Source: Bugula neritina (lineage: Eukaryota > Animalia > Bryozoa). Taken from it: a stretch of 64,000 bases of DNA. Below, piece by piece: positions 11,436 through 24,469 of the stretch. Positions within the stretch are counted from its first letter, which is position 1. Every line of letters starts with the position of its first letter. A program made the translations under genes and the position numbers. The notes beneath the pieces are model-generated. The model ran no database searches and was not told the DNA's origin. It saw nothing but the letters and a program-made list of their open reading frames with translations. Location: NCBI GenBank assembly GCA_964035545.1, contig OZ037768.1, positions 1,954,741 to 2,018,740 of the forward strand, written 5' to 3'.

Positions 11436-14400
11436 CTTAATGATGCTGAAAAACCTGTTAACACCAGAAATGTTAAAATAATGACCTATACAAAAAGCTA
11501 GTTTTACTCGGTTGGATAACTTTAGATTTCATATTTACTCAGTTTTCTACCTTTTCAGTGTACCCTTACTGCTTGCTATTATCCCAGTAAACAATAAACA
11601 TAAAAATTAAGTTAGCTTAGCACGTAGTAGATTTCCAGTAGCAAAGCTAGGTGGGATGTAGCTAAATTAAACAGACAACTGTATGCTAACTTGTTTAAAC
11701 AATATTTGAAAAAAAATGTTGAAATATGGCTGATGATGTGAAAGCCAACTGTTGAGAAATGTCTTTATTCACTTTTACCTTTTTGTATCCAAGCAAAGAG
11801 GCTTTTAATTTGATTATATTTCTTTCATTTATGTTGGCTGGATACCCATAAGTACAGAGCTACATTGCTTATGAGACTTAGAAAAAAAAGTAATTACTTC
11901 AGTGATATATCAACGTTTCGTAAAAAATATACCATTTCAGTTCCAAAGCCTGTAAATGCCTATACCCTTTTGGTACAAATATTCTGAATATTGGAAGTCA
12001 GAGAAATTAAAGCTTCTAACGGCACATCCATTAGAATGACTGGGTGTGAAAGGTCAGTGGCAGGATATGGTTAGGATATGGTGTATGTAGTCCATGTTGC
12101 TGCTCTGTTCCTCCTTGAAACAGGGCAGAAGAGCCGACAAAGAACAAAAGACAATTTCTCTTTAGATGAAATTCCCAATAATCCTGAACTTGCTGTTAAC
12201 AGCAGTTTCTCTTTTATGAAAATGCTTCAACATATAGACCTGTTGAACTCTTGACACCCACCCCAACACCATCATATATGACTAAAAATGACGCATCCTA
12301 AAAACCTTCTTCCCGTTACACAATTCTTCTCTGTGTTACATATTTGATCTACGAAGTAGTAACAATTTTTTTTATTGTAAGATGCTTGGTTGTTTAGTAA
12401 TTACTTTTGTATTTCTGTTTCCCACAAACAACACATTATGCTTACTGTAAAGTTAGCACATGAAATAACACTATTATCTTAATAGAAATATTATATATTC
12501 ATATTGTTAAGCATCTAAAATTGTAGGTTTTAGTTGAACATGTGATTGAATATCGTACAACTTCCATGAATAACTCTCCCTTTTTTCAACCTACTGTAAT
12601 TGCACACGTGAACCTACTTTCCCAGTTTCTTACAGCAGTTGGAATCAATATCAATAAATTCATTTACCAACACCAGTACAACTCATAGGTAACTAATGGC
12701 GATGCTACAGTTGATATGCTGCGGAGCTAGGCATAAATGAAGAAAAATTAACAGTGAGAATGAGCTAGGAACTAGAAATTGCATTGTACAAACACTTTAT
12801 AACTGCTACTTTACAATAGCTGAATGCGAAATTCAAACAAAAAAACTACTAATGGAGAAGCTTTTGCTCTCGAAGTTGAATTTTATGCTTAGTCGAAAAA
12901 TTTAAATCTTTACTCATTAGAGTCAAAACTCAAAAAAATCAGAAATAGTCCAAAAAGTTGAACATAAAAAGAAAGTTAAAGTCACTTACAAAACTCATAC
13001 AACGTCAAAGCATCACCAATAAACCTTTTTAGTGAATTAAGACATGGATATTATGTAGGAGTTGAAAGACAAAGGGAATAGCCACCAGAGAAATGTGTGG
13101 CTGCAAGAAAACATAATGGTAGGCCATTATTACCGACACCAAGACAAAACAACCAAAAGTATAATTTCAGAACCCATTTTTATTGGCATTTCATGCTATC
13201 TCTGTAGAAGGCCCAGAAACTGAAAGATAACAGAGAGTTATAGCACATGGTGATAAAAACAAAGAGTTTTAAAAGATCTGGGTGCTTTCAAAGTGAAGTA
13301 CCGATTATTTTGCCAACAAACCCCAACTTAATACTAAGACATTTAAACCTAACAAGAAGTTAGAGTTGGTACAAGTTAGAAATGGGAGGAGGGTTAATTG
13401 AGCTACAAGAACTTAGGAACATGAGTAATCACACATGTCGGTTATGGCTTCAAAACAAAATGCTAAAGTATCATCGTCAGTATAAACTTGAAAAAAAAAA
13501 AAAAAAATTCCAAATGTCAAAAAAAATATTACTTACCAAAGATCTTTCGGTTTTTGCAGAAAAGCTCATAAAATTGCACTGCCTTTTATACCAGCTAACA
13601 GCATACTTAAAAACCAGAAGTGGTTATAAACATACAACAGTTCTATTTCGTTACAAAACAAAAATTGATTCAACATGATGCAACAAAATTTTAATTCATT
13701 CTCATTACTTGTATTGCTACTGAGGAGAACATGGTGAAAAACAATGTTCAAGTTTTATTGATGCGAGAAGAATACACCTTATCACCAACATGACACATTT
13801 TCAGCTTTGCAAATAACACCTGATGCAAGTGTCCAAGAGTCCCCAATATTTCTCATTTTCCTTCAACTCAAAGAAAATAGCTACCTTGCTAAAATAGCAA
13901 TTGCTGTACCTTTGGTGATTAGTGTGCTTTCATTTGAGTATGTGTTGCTATATCAAGTATTGTCAGCTAGAAAAAAACGTTTCAATAAGTTTATATGTGT
14001 GACATATAAGAAATAAATTGGTACCTTCAGCACCAGGAAAAAGAATTTAAAGACAATATTATTATTATTATTATAAACCTGCTAGGTTTTAAAAGAGCCA
14101 ACATATGAAGCCAACAACTTCCTTAGCAAAAGAAAACAGCTTTTAATAAATTTAGTATTAGAACATACAACTGCAACTCTCAGATTTTTTTTTCAAGCAT
14201 GTTTGAAAAAAAATATTTGAGAAAGTAATAAAGGTCTTTCAGTAAGTAAAGATAATTTCAATATTACTCAAGCAGTGATCAAGTGACACTTGATTTGTAG
14301 AATTTGAGGTTTGCAGCATTGCAATAAATGAGCTATATAAAGTTTCATACTATTTTAAAATAAATGCAGGCAGTAATATAATTTTGTTCAGGGATTTGAA

Positions 14401-14920
14401 TCAAGGCTAAGAGATTTCACTGCAATGCTTGTTTCGGGGATGAAAATAGGATAGGCTTTGATGGGGAGGGGAAATAAGACCATACACTTTCCAATTATAC
14501 AACAAAGAACTAGTATTGATAGCCAAAATCTTTGTGTTTTTGGCTTTTTTCACTCAGCTGTGCTGGCAACACACCACCTTTAAAGTAGAAATCCCGGCCT
14601 AGAATATGCCCTTTACTAGTCCATTACTAGAACTCTTTTTTTACTAGTCCTTTAACAAATCTGTATATATGGGTAGCCCCAGAAATGAATGGTGCAATAC
14701 CAACTTATTGGTTTATAACTCATAAAAAAAGACGAAATGCTAATTAAAAGAATACAATAAATAAAAAAATGCCACCTGGAATTGCATTTTACCCAAAGCT
14801 GGCAACAAAGCTTGAAGATAAAAAAAGAAACATAGTGCTAAAAATTCTCAACAAAAGACAAATAGCAAAAGTTGTGTCATTAATTATAGAATAAAAACTA
14901 TGGGCAACACACGACAATGG

Positions 14921-15090
14921 AAAGTATATTCAGTAGAATCATTGTTGAGTTTAAGGTGGGAGAGTATATTTAGTAGAATCATTGTTGAGTTTAAGGTGGG
15001 AGAGTATATTTAGTAGAATCATTGTTGAGTTTAAGGTGGGAGAGCATATTTAGTAGAATCATTGTTGAGTTTAAGGTGGGAGAGTATATT
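14921..15090. repeat. 40-bp tandem repeat, about 4.25 copies, just upstream of the MS4A-like ATG
   Basis: Unit AGAGTATATTTAGTAGAATCATTGTTGAGTTTAAGGTGGG at 14921, 14961, 15001, 15041. Confidence 0.95.
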
Positions 15091-15102
15091 GAAAAGTCTA
15101 TA

Positions 15103-16432
15103 ATGGAGGAGTCAGTAGTGTTTGAGTATGACACGAGCGAGGTTGGCTTCAGGAAATACCAGTTTTTAGGATGTCTGCAAAGCCTGATAGGTATGAAGGC
15201 GCTTGCTTAGAATATGATTGTACTTGTAATAAAGTGTAAACTGACAAAAATGACAGATAAGTCTAAGTAAATTAAGATGTGTTGTAAATGCAAGCAAGAA
15301 AAGGCAGCCTTATTACAACTTAACATAGAGCTTATTTAAAGCATTTACTGGTTGTCTTTGGAAACACATTTTAGCCTGTCTTGGGAATTAAATTTGCAAT
15401 AATAATGTAGATTACTTGTACAGTTGAGCACATGTGTTCTTAGCATACAATTTTTTGTTTACTGCATCTTCACATGAATTAAGACTGGAGATTAGTGGCT
15501 AGCTGCGTCCAGTAAACTTAATGGTGGCTAATATCCGAATTCTGATGGTGCAATGCGTGTTCTCGGGCATGCCACGTACCATCTCAGTTTGTAACCAGTT
15601 CACCTGTGAAGAACTATTCTTGGTCTTCCCTATTTGCCTCCTTCTACGTGAGCACAACACGGTAACTGGTTGCAGTCAAACTGAGATTGATACATGGAGA
15701 CCTGCTTGACACAGATTATGCTATATATACATTTGAATAATTTTAGGCATCTCCTTGATAGCAATCAGCATCTGTTACCTCGCCAAAGCCGGGGCTCTAC
15801 CACATTTCCAAGAGAACTTTGCACCATCCATAACCCTTATATTTCTGGCAATGGCTTGTGGGGTGGTCATGTTGGTGCAAATACTGTTTGCTTTCCGAGT
15901 GAGAAAAAAAGCGCAGAATCTGTCTAGATTTGTGAGTACAACATAAAACACTAAGATGTGGTTCAACATGCTGCAAAGAGATGTTACAAAAATATATTGT
16001 TGGTCATTTTGTATTTTTAAATTGAAACTTTGCCATTCTAATGTTCTGGCTGCAATAGGTGGCAATTGCAGATCTACATCTACTTTCTGCAGGCATGCTT
16101 ATTTCTGGGAGCAAACATTTTGAACTTCTTGTTTTGTGCGGCGATAATTCCAACAACACTGGCACTAATTCAGGTATGTGAAAAATAATAAGAAATAAGA
16201 AAAGTAAGACTAGCACCAGCTTCCCATATGTACTGATGATTGTGTAAATTTGTAGACGTACAGTGATCAAGAAGAAAGCCAACATTGGACAAAATTGCTC
16301 ATAGCCACAATTCTTATAATAGGAAGCAGTGAAATAAGCATCTCACTATTCACGATAGTGTTACTCCTGTGCCGATTCCCACCACGTGTGGGAACAATCA
16401 TGGAGCACTGGAGTGATCTCATCATGTTTTAA
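15103..16432 (+). CDS. MS4A/CD20-like four-transmembrane protein (176 aa, 4 exons)
   Basis: Exons 15103-15190, 15747-15931, 16093-16173, 16256-16432 with consistent phases. TM1 FLGCLQSLIG matches the CD20-family LGxxQxxxG motif; four hydrophobic segments; Glu in TM4 (IIGSSEISISLFTI). Confidence 0.8.
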
Positions 16433-16624
16433 AATAGCTCCATACACTTTATTGTGCATAAAAACAGTTGGTAGCTGGTAAATATGAAAAAAAACAGCAA
16501 AGCCCTTTTACCAAAGTAAGACTAAATGTTGATGGACTGTACTAGAATAATCGTTCTCACTCATAAGCCTGCCAATCCCGCAGTCCAAATAGCATGAACC
16601 TATTCAGCCCGAAAGAAGTTTATT

Positions 16625-19600
16625 CTAGACGGAAGCTACCTGCGACTCCTGGTGCCCTTCACCTTCAGAGTCGTCTTCTTCCAGCAGGTCGTTGTCTAGA
16701 TCCAGTGGATCGTTTTCAAAGCAGTCTTCTGTCTGAACGCTGGCCGCGTCCACGCCTGAAATATGCACCAGACTGGTGAAAACTCTATACACAATACTTC
16801 ATCTTCTAGTGAAGAGAAAATTAAGAAGTTGATCACGTCTATAGTGAAAGTCTAGTGACTGAAAATTATATGAAGTTGGCTTTTATGTGAAATATTCTCA
16901 ATTAAAATGACATTGCTGGATGTGCTTTCAGACAAAAATTATAATGAAATAGTAAATTGGTGTTTCATACATATTGTGGCATTTAATTTTGTAATTTGGT
17001 TCATTTTACTTACCTTGATTAACAACCAGACCATTTTCATCCATCTGAAAAATTGAATATACCAAATATATTCAGATGCATAAACATAGACCAGATGTAC
17101 TTGTGCCCCCCCCCCCTTACCCCTACTCTGACTATTTATTCTATTTACATGTCAGCACACTTGCGTCATCATAAGAGCAAAGCCGTTTTATCTCCATTAG
17201 AGGAAGATACTACCAAAATAACAGAAGTTAAAAATATTTTTCCATAACTCAATTACTTTGAACTATCAGGATATGCAAACAGTGAATAGCTCTAGAAGTA
17301 AAGCAATAAATATTACCCTATTTCAGTTTTAACTAACATTTTAGTTGCAATTAACATGCCCGAAAACAAACTGACAGCATGAAAAATATAATATTAAATC
17401 TTATAGTAGACCAAAGTTCCCATTATAATAAAAAACGCAACTTACTTCTGTAGCTTCTTTACAAATTGTAAGATTATGAAATTTCTCCACATGTTGAATA
17501 AGTTGCCACGGAGTGACATATTGCTTCAAACAAATTGCACATGCTATGACTTCTGGTATGCTTTCTTCTGAAATATGCATATGAATAGACATCATCCAAC
17601 CCATTCCGCCACTTTATACAACTAGCTCAAATCTTAATTTGATTCGAGTAAATTATTGTTTTAATAAATTTTATTGTTAAATGGTATATAATATTATACT
17701 GAATAATTTACATTCAAAGGATGTTCAAGACCTGTTTGTATTAAAAACTTGACTAGAGAATCATAGAGTTCATAGGTTACATCAAGAGAAGGTAAACAGA
17801 TGGCATGTACGATAATAACATCCACAATCACCGGCTTTCCATGGACCGATCTCAGATCGATCTTAGCGAGATCGATCCATGGAAAGACGCCAAAGATCGA
17901 TCTGAGAAGTAGAAAAAGACTACAATGTTGTCTGCTAATAAAAATGATAACTTATTTATAATTACTAAGCAAAGTATTAAATAATTATGATAGCCACCTT
18001 TTCAGATGCCAAAACTTTGACTTTCAGTACGATGATTAAGAAAACTCAATTATATGCAGTAGAAGGTAAAAGAAAATGGGAGAATTTAAATTGAATTTAA
18101 ATGACTATTAAAACTTAGTTTCATTAGCTATTTTCTTTGTAATTTTAAGCCTAACAGTCCTGTAAGTTTATTAATAATCTGCAAGACAGCCATTAATTTT
18201 ATATAAGCTGTCAAGCTAAAAAAAAGTAAAACTAATTATTTTTAATTGGCCAAATTACTATACACTGAAAGCTTTGCTGCGTATAGTTTATAGCTGGGAT
18301 TAAATTTTAGACTACCACCATCTTGTTTTCAACAGTAGTAGCTTTAATCACTCAAATAGGTGAACAAATTATACTTTTGAAGTATCCTTCACTTAAGAGG
18401 AGGCAACTTCGCTAGATTGATCTGACACTCTCATGGAAAAACGATCGATCTGAGCACATTTTTTAGATCGATCTCGCTGAGATCGATACATGGAAAGCCC
18501 GTGAATGTCTGCTGCGTTGTTTGAATTATATACATGGTTGCAGATTGGCACTACTCTGGGACATTAGTTAGCATACAAGATTTCACACAAAGCAACTTAC
18601 CAAGTTCTAAAAAAATTCAGACTATTTTCTTGTTGAAAAATTACACAAAATCGTGCAAATAATAAGTCAATCTAAAACCGAACACTCCTTTATAAGCACC
18701 TGAAAGAGACTAGGGGGACACCTTACCCTGGCATCGGCAATTCACTTGAGATCTACATGGAGTTCTTTTATGGTCTATTAGAGTCTCTAGACTGTTGAAT
18801 ACTCCATGACAGCTTCCACATACAAGAATGTCTTTTATTGTCTCTGAGAAGTAAAGAGCACAGCTATTGGAGGACTGCGTTTAAAGAGCATAGCTATTGG
18901 AGGACTGTGTGTAAAGAGCACAGCTATTGGAGGACTGTGTGTAAAGAGCATAGCTATTGGAGGACGGTGTGTAAAGAGCACAGCTATTGGAGGACAAAAA
19001 ACTAGAATTAGATTAAAATATTTTTCAACAACTTTGACATGAAATATCACCCAGCTAGGAATATCCACATATACACGATCTATCCTAAATCCTCAGCTAA
19101 CAATCATGAAGTTAACAAAAAACTGAAAAACGCTAAATAATATCTAGTGTTATTGCTAAAATTTAGAGCAAGTTTTTGAAAGAAGAGACTTTTGAGGTGG
19201 CAGTTTTAATAATCAGTTACTAGTGACTTTAGAGAGACTTTTCTATAGAATTCTAAAGAGCTTACCTGTGTCAGACTTAGACTTCTTAGCCCTACAAGTA
19301 TAAAGGTGAAAATACATGACCCCCTGACCAGCCAAACAATTAGTCTCAAAACCGGCTCTTGATTTACAAGACAATAAAATCTGAGTTGTAAAGAGATATT
19401 CAGGCAGTATTCCAGGTAATGCCTCATAGAAATTAAGAGAGAGCAACAAATATTATACTAGCCAGCAGAGTACAGTAAGTCACTCACTGTGGAGGAGATG
19501 AAGCTCGAGCACCACTAAACGGCCGCTTTTTGAACAGCGGTTCAGGGTTTATAGGTACAATTTTCTGAACAGGTGCAACAACTTGGTCGGAAGACATAAG

Positions 19601-20682
19601 GGGTCTGATAGGAGTGGCATTAGAAGAACCCTTGAATTCGGCCAGTCTCACTTCTATCGTATGATAAAACAAACAGAAAAAGGAACTAGTAAACGTTTTG
19701 CAGGTTATTTATAAAGACAGAGAATTCATCTACTATAATTAAACTAAAACTTTGCCACTTCTAATCAGTCAAACAAGATGATACAAAACAATGCATGGAA
19801 GTACAATATGAGTAAATAAACTTGTAAACATAAAGTTGTAGACTGCCTTAGAATATCAAATCCTTTAAATATTAATATATAATCTGTAAATGCATTTTAA
19901 TATTTCAATTAATGCAAAATTATTGTGCATTTAGTTTATGTTTCTGACTGGGTTTTTGCCAACAAGAGACAAAATTCTGTGAGATGTCAAAAAAGCTTTG
20001 ACTTTAAAATAAGGCATTTCTTACTGAAAATCATTATAACTGCGAAAAGTAAACATAATTTTAATGTTAATTTATTTACTGTAATTATATTATTACAATG
20101 TCAAAGGATAACTTAGAGAAACTGTAATATGAATTGTTCTTACCAAGAGCATAGCCGTGATACTTTCTCCCATTAACAGCCTCTACGGCGTTATGCGCAC
20201 TGTCAACATCTACGAATTGAATAAATGCGAAGCAGCAACCGCCTTTTGGAGATTTGCATGTAAGATTAGAAATGGCAGTGATGGTGCCATAATGTTGAAA
20301 GAGATTGTAGAGATCCTTGCGGTACACTTTATAACGGTCAAGGTTGCCAACAAATATTCGACTGGCTTTAGTTGCCGGATCTTTTGTTTCGGAGGAAAGC
20401 TTATCTAGCAGCTTACTCTCAGCTGTTGACGGCGCGTGTTGCACAAAGTGAGGGTTTCTCTTTCTTGAACCCCTTCTGCCATTCCCTATTTGTATGTAAA
20501 CAAAGTGAATAGATGCAGATGAAATGACAAAAGACACGTTGAACATGCGATTTCTTTTATAAATTAGATCAACACAGACAGCTCACAATGAGATAGCAGT
20601 GATAGCAATTTAAAAACTATTTATTACCTTGGCCAGAGTTGTTTCTTGGTGGAACATTACTGTATTGATTGAATTGCATCAT
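16625..20682 (-). CDS. Protein with RRM (hnRNP C/RALY/NCOA5-type), CCHC and C2H2 BCL11-like zinc fingers and an acidic tail (329 aa, 8 coding exons)
   Basis: Exons 20682-20628, 20485-20144, 19653-19488, 19291-19266, 18843-18727, 17567-17446, 17044-17014, 16755-16625; all GT-AG; 990 nt open. RRM TKDPATKASRIFVGNL..FAFIQF; fingers DILVCGSCHGVFNSLETLIDHKRTPC and CAICLKQYVTPWQLIQHVEKFHNLTI; AATAAA immediately after the TAG. Confidence 0.85.
17829..18503 (+). mobile_element. Non-autonomous DNA transposon (MITE family A, copy 1) in intron 5 of the RRM-ZnF gene
   Basis: TIRs CACCGGCTTTCCATG / CATGGAAAGCCCGTG; AAT on both flanks (3-bp TSD); subterminal GATCGATC arrays; second copy at 33771-34546. Confidence 0.92.
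18851..18995. repeat. 30-bp minisatellite, about 4.8 copies, abutting the exon-5 acceptor of the RRM-ZnF gene
   Basis: Unit GTAAAGAGCA(C/T)AGCTATTGGAGGACTGTGT at 18851, 18881, 18911, 18941, 18971. Confidence 0.95.
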
Positions 20683-21856
20683 AACTAAAACAAAAACTGT
20701 ACATTATAGCAAGAGTTTCATTGTACTTAAAATATTAATGGTAGCTGATATGACATAACAAATTGTTTAACAACTTTATGAAGTGCTTCCTATCAAGCTA
20801 TAAACTAGCATAAATAAAATGTGTTAAAGAAATCCACTTTATACACATAGCTTTGTAATCATAACTTCTTGATCAAAACCAATTAAGTTAAATATTACAG
20901 TATTATTTTAAAACTGTTACAACTAAAACCGAGTAAAAAATTTATTGACTTGCAAGACATACTAGGAACACTTTGAAAAAGTTAGCAGACTTTGAAACTT
21001 CCAGATTACATTGTTGCATACAATTTCATTTTAGAAATTTTAATAAATCTAATATTGAATGGATTGAAAACTTATTTAATAATCAGAAAGAACCTAACAA
21101 AAGTTGGCGACAACCTTAGACATAAAGCCAATTGCTCTTGGAGATGAAACTTTTTCAAAACATTATAACCTTGAAATTAATTACCTTGAAAGGCAATCAA
21201 TTTCAAGGTAAAACTTAGCAAAAGCATTAAATGAATGTTTTTGTTTTCCTAATGGATTACAAGATACACCCATCAAGAAATATTAGTATATTAATAATAT
21301 AATTAAAACAAATTAAAAAAACTCAAATAACATTCAATAATCTCAAATTTCTTATGATGGGTATTATTACAACATGATGATGATCAAAAATGAGATAACA
21401 TGAAATAAGTATACTTATAGTTATAGTGATTAACTAATAGTATATTAGTAATACTATTAGTTTTAGTATTACAATCTAATTTTATACTAATAGTAATACT
21501 AAAACTAAGAGAAAATCGAATAATAAATAACTATAAATATAAAACCTATTTATTGTTAAAAATAAATAATATTTAATATGGTCCCAAAAAATGTAAAATC
21601 AAATCATAATGACGATGTAGATCATATTTTAATTCATTATTAAAACATTAAATCAATTATTCATAATGATAATAATATCAATATGACAACTATAATAATA
21701 TTTATTATCACTTCATAACTGATATTATCAATATAATTCAATATAAATATTGGGATGGATTTTGGAGTTGCCTTTTTCTTTTATATTATATTTAGCCTTA
21801 GCGTGATGATGTATTATTTAACTTTTTTTGGTCTCTTTTCTTTTTGTGCACTGCAA

Positions 21857-21947
21857 ACCGATCTTTGCCCGAAGTATAGCATGTCACAGGCGTAAGAATC
21901 GGAACTCTGACATGTCCGACATGACTGATTTTCGGCCGAAGATCGGT
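21857..21947. repeat. Imperfect inverted repeat / hairpin in a CpG-containing, promoter-like island
   Basis: ACCGATCTTTGCCCGAA (21857-21873) pairs with TTCGGCCGAAGATCGGT (21931-21947), 15/17; inner CATGTCA/TGACATG pair. Confidence 0.7.
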
Positions 21948-22439
21948 AGAATATTCTGGAAGCCGGACAAACGTCCAATTTCCAGAGTGTATAAGAAGAT
22001 GAGCTCGCAGTGTAGTCAGTCTACAGCTAGAGCTCGCCGGACAAAAAACCTACCTACCATGGATACTTCTACATTCAATAAAGATTATCATACACCTTAC
22101 AAGATACTCTCTACTGCTTTATTAAATCATAAGGAGTTATGTTCTCCACTAAATTATTTCCAAATCTATCAAATTACTACAATATTATATTTATAGTTAT
22201 AATAATTTAGATTATGATAATTGGCATTAGTATTGGTCAATAGCTTAACTTCTCAATCACGAACACTGTAGCGGTAACACTATGACTAACGGTCACTTCA
22301 AGAGTATGCGACCAAGTAGTAGTACTCACTAAGTCTAAGAAAAAGTCTAATGATTTGTGATTATCATTATGATATTGATAAACATAATGATAATCATAAT
22401 ATTAATATCAAAATTAAAATAATTATATTATTATTTGAT

Positions 22440-23110
22440 AATCATAATGAATAAAATTAAATGATAGCTAATAGCTATAGTAAATCCAAGACTCATGGCT
22501 ATAGAGTTAGACATTAGAGTTTAGACTTTAGACATAGTCACAGACTCATAGTGATACTAATAACTAATAGTTATTACTGACGTCAATAGCCAATACTAAT
22601 AGTAATACTAAATCTAATACTAATAGCATTGTAATAGTACTCATACTGACACTCATAGTCATACTGATGGTCATGGTGAGCGACACTCACACAGATTCAG
22701 AATAAGAATCAGAATGTGATATTCATACTCATAGTGATAGTCATACTCACTATCAGTAACGCCTGTAATACTAATAGTAATAGTAGTAATACTAATAGTA
22801 ATACTAATACTTAATACTGATAGTAAACAGTCTAAATCAGTAAATGCAATACTAATTAGTAATTAATAGTAATACTAATTTACTTACTAATACTAATAGT
22901 AATACTAATACTAATAGTAATACTAATACTAATAGTAATGCTAACAGTAATAGTAATACTAATAGTGAAATACTCATAGTAATACGACAGTGATAGTCAC
23001 ACGCATAGTGATAGTCATACGGAGTTTAATGACAATGAATCAATCATTGAACCACATTGTGATTGTCATTGTGATTGAGACTCACTCTGACTCTCACTCT
23101 GACTGAGTTT
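22440..23110. repeat. Degenerate 6-bp-periodic low-complexity tract (ATAGTN/ATACTN)
   Basis: e.g. catactcatagtgatagtcatactcac, taatactaatagtaatactaat; related tracts occur at other gene 5' ends. Confidence 0.8.
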
Positions 23111-24469
23111 GACTGATCAGAACTAGACCACGAAAAAGGACAAAACAAAAGTGCATAAACAAAAAATATATATACTAATATTATATAAGAAGCAAAGTAA
23201 CAAAACTGCTAATGTAATTACATACACAACACAAAATTAAAACACATATCATTGAGTTTGACATTATTAATATTATAATAATAGTTTAATGAGCACGCTG
23301 GTGGCTAATAGTAATTTGCCCCAAGGCTTACTAATCGAATTAAAAGTCCCAATACCGTACAAGATCTGTATCATTCACCCGATAGGTTTCAAGACGGAGA
23401 CTAGTGTAATAAATTATTGAGCAGACAACTCACTTTAATCCATAAAAAGAATCTGTTAATTTCAATTTTTTAAAAGTAGGTCTCTTTAGAAATGAGTAAT
23501 TTGTCTATATTTTGCTTTTAAAAATTCATCACACACGAATAAAACGTTGAAAAAATATCTAATACAAGCATCAGAGTGCATATGTATTATCATTGTGCAT
23601 GTATGGTAAATATAGTGCTGCAGAATAGTAGATTTTTCTAATTCAAGCATGCTGCACACTTGTGGCATATTTTTATATTTTATAATCATTTAGACTTAAG
23701 TTAGTTGTGAAAAAAATTATTATTACAAAATGTTCCCAAAAAACGCATTTAAAAAGTAGCAAAAAACACTTTGGCTGCATTACATATAAAATAAATGATT
23801 ACAAATGTTAAATCCATAATTTAATAATAATAGTAAATCGTACTCACATAAAATTTCAGCTTCAAAGTTGAGAATTTCATATTTTCACTCAAATAAAATA
23901 AACAGATGCAATGGTTACTATGCACATGTATTAACAAAACCAAAACTTCTAAACAAATTAAAAACTTACATTTGTAAAAGAAAACTTTCGTTTTATGAAA
24001 ACGTATGAACATAAAAGTTTAATAAAAGTGGAAGACAACATCAAGTTCCATCAGAGGTAAAAATAGGTTCTTTGAATGTTATATTACAGTGACAGCATGA
24101 TTGACATCATGAATGGCCATGTTCAAAAATAATTATGAAGAATTTTAACAAAATGGCATTTAATATGAATATTTTTTTCCTGAACACAAATCACACGCAA
24201 AAACTGAAATACTAACACAGCAAATTGAAGGAAAAATCAACAGGCAAAAACTTTGGTTAGTAAATAAGAATATATTTGAAGAGCACCACACGAAATATAA
24301 CGAATAAATGCATGGTTACCCACTGATTGAATGAATATAGAATATCTATGTGTTTGATTAGTGCACAGATATATAGGAATGATATGACAGACAGGTAAAT
24401 AAACAGTATGATTGGCCGCGGGCAGCAGATACGTGCAACCAGAGCTGTAAGAAAGATGGCCGACTATAG

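Noticed and set aside
11900-13340. Coding-like stretches (e.g. VPKPVNAYTLL, SFLVIYDG) suggesting a pseudogene or decayed transposon
   Set aside because: Multiple stops on both strands and no family I can identify; tblastx would be needed.
16360-16432. Minus-strand HDEITPVLH resembling a LINE C-terminal motif
   Set aside because: It lies antisense to the MS4A-like last exon, and there is no RT sequence nearby.
21828-22196. 122-aa plus-strand ORF
   Set aside because: Non-ATG start, overlaps the hairpin and promoter-like island, no recognisable domain or phase-compatible exons.
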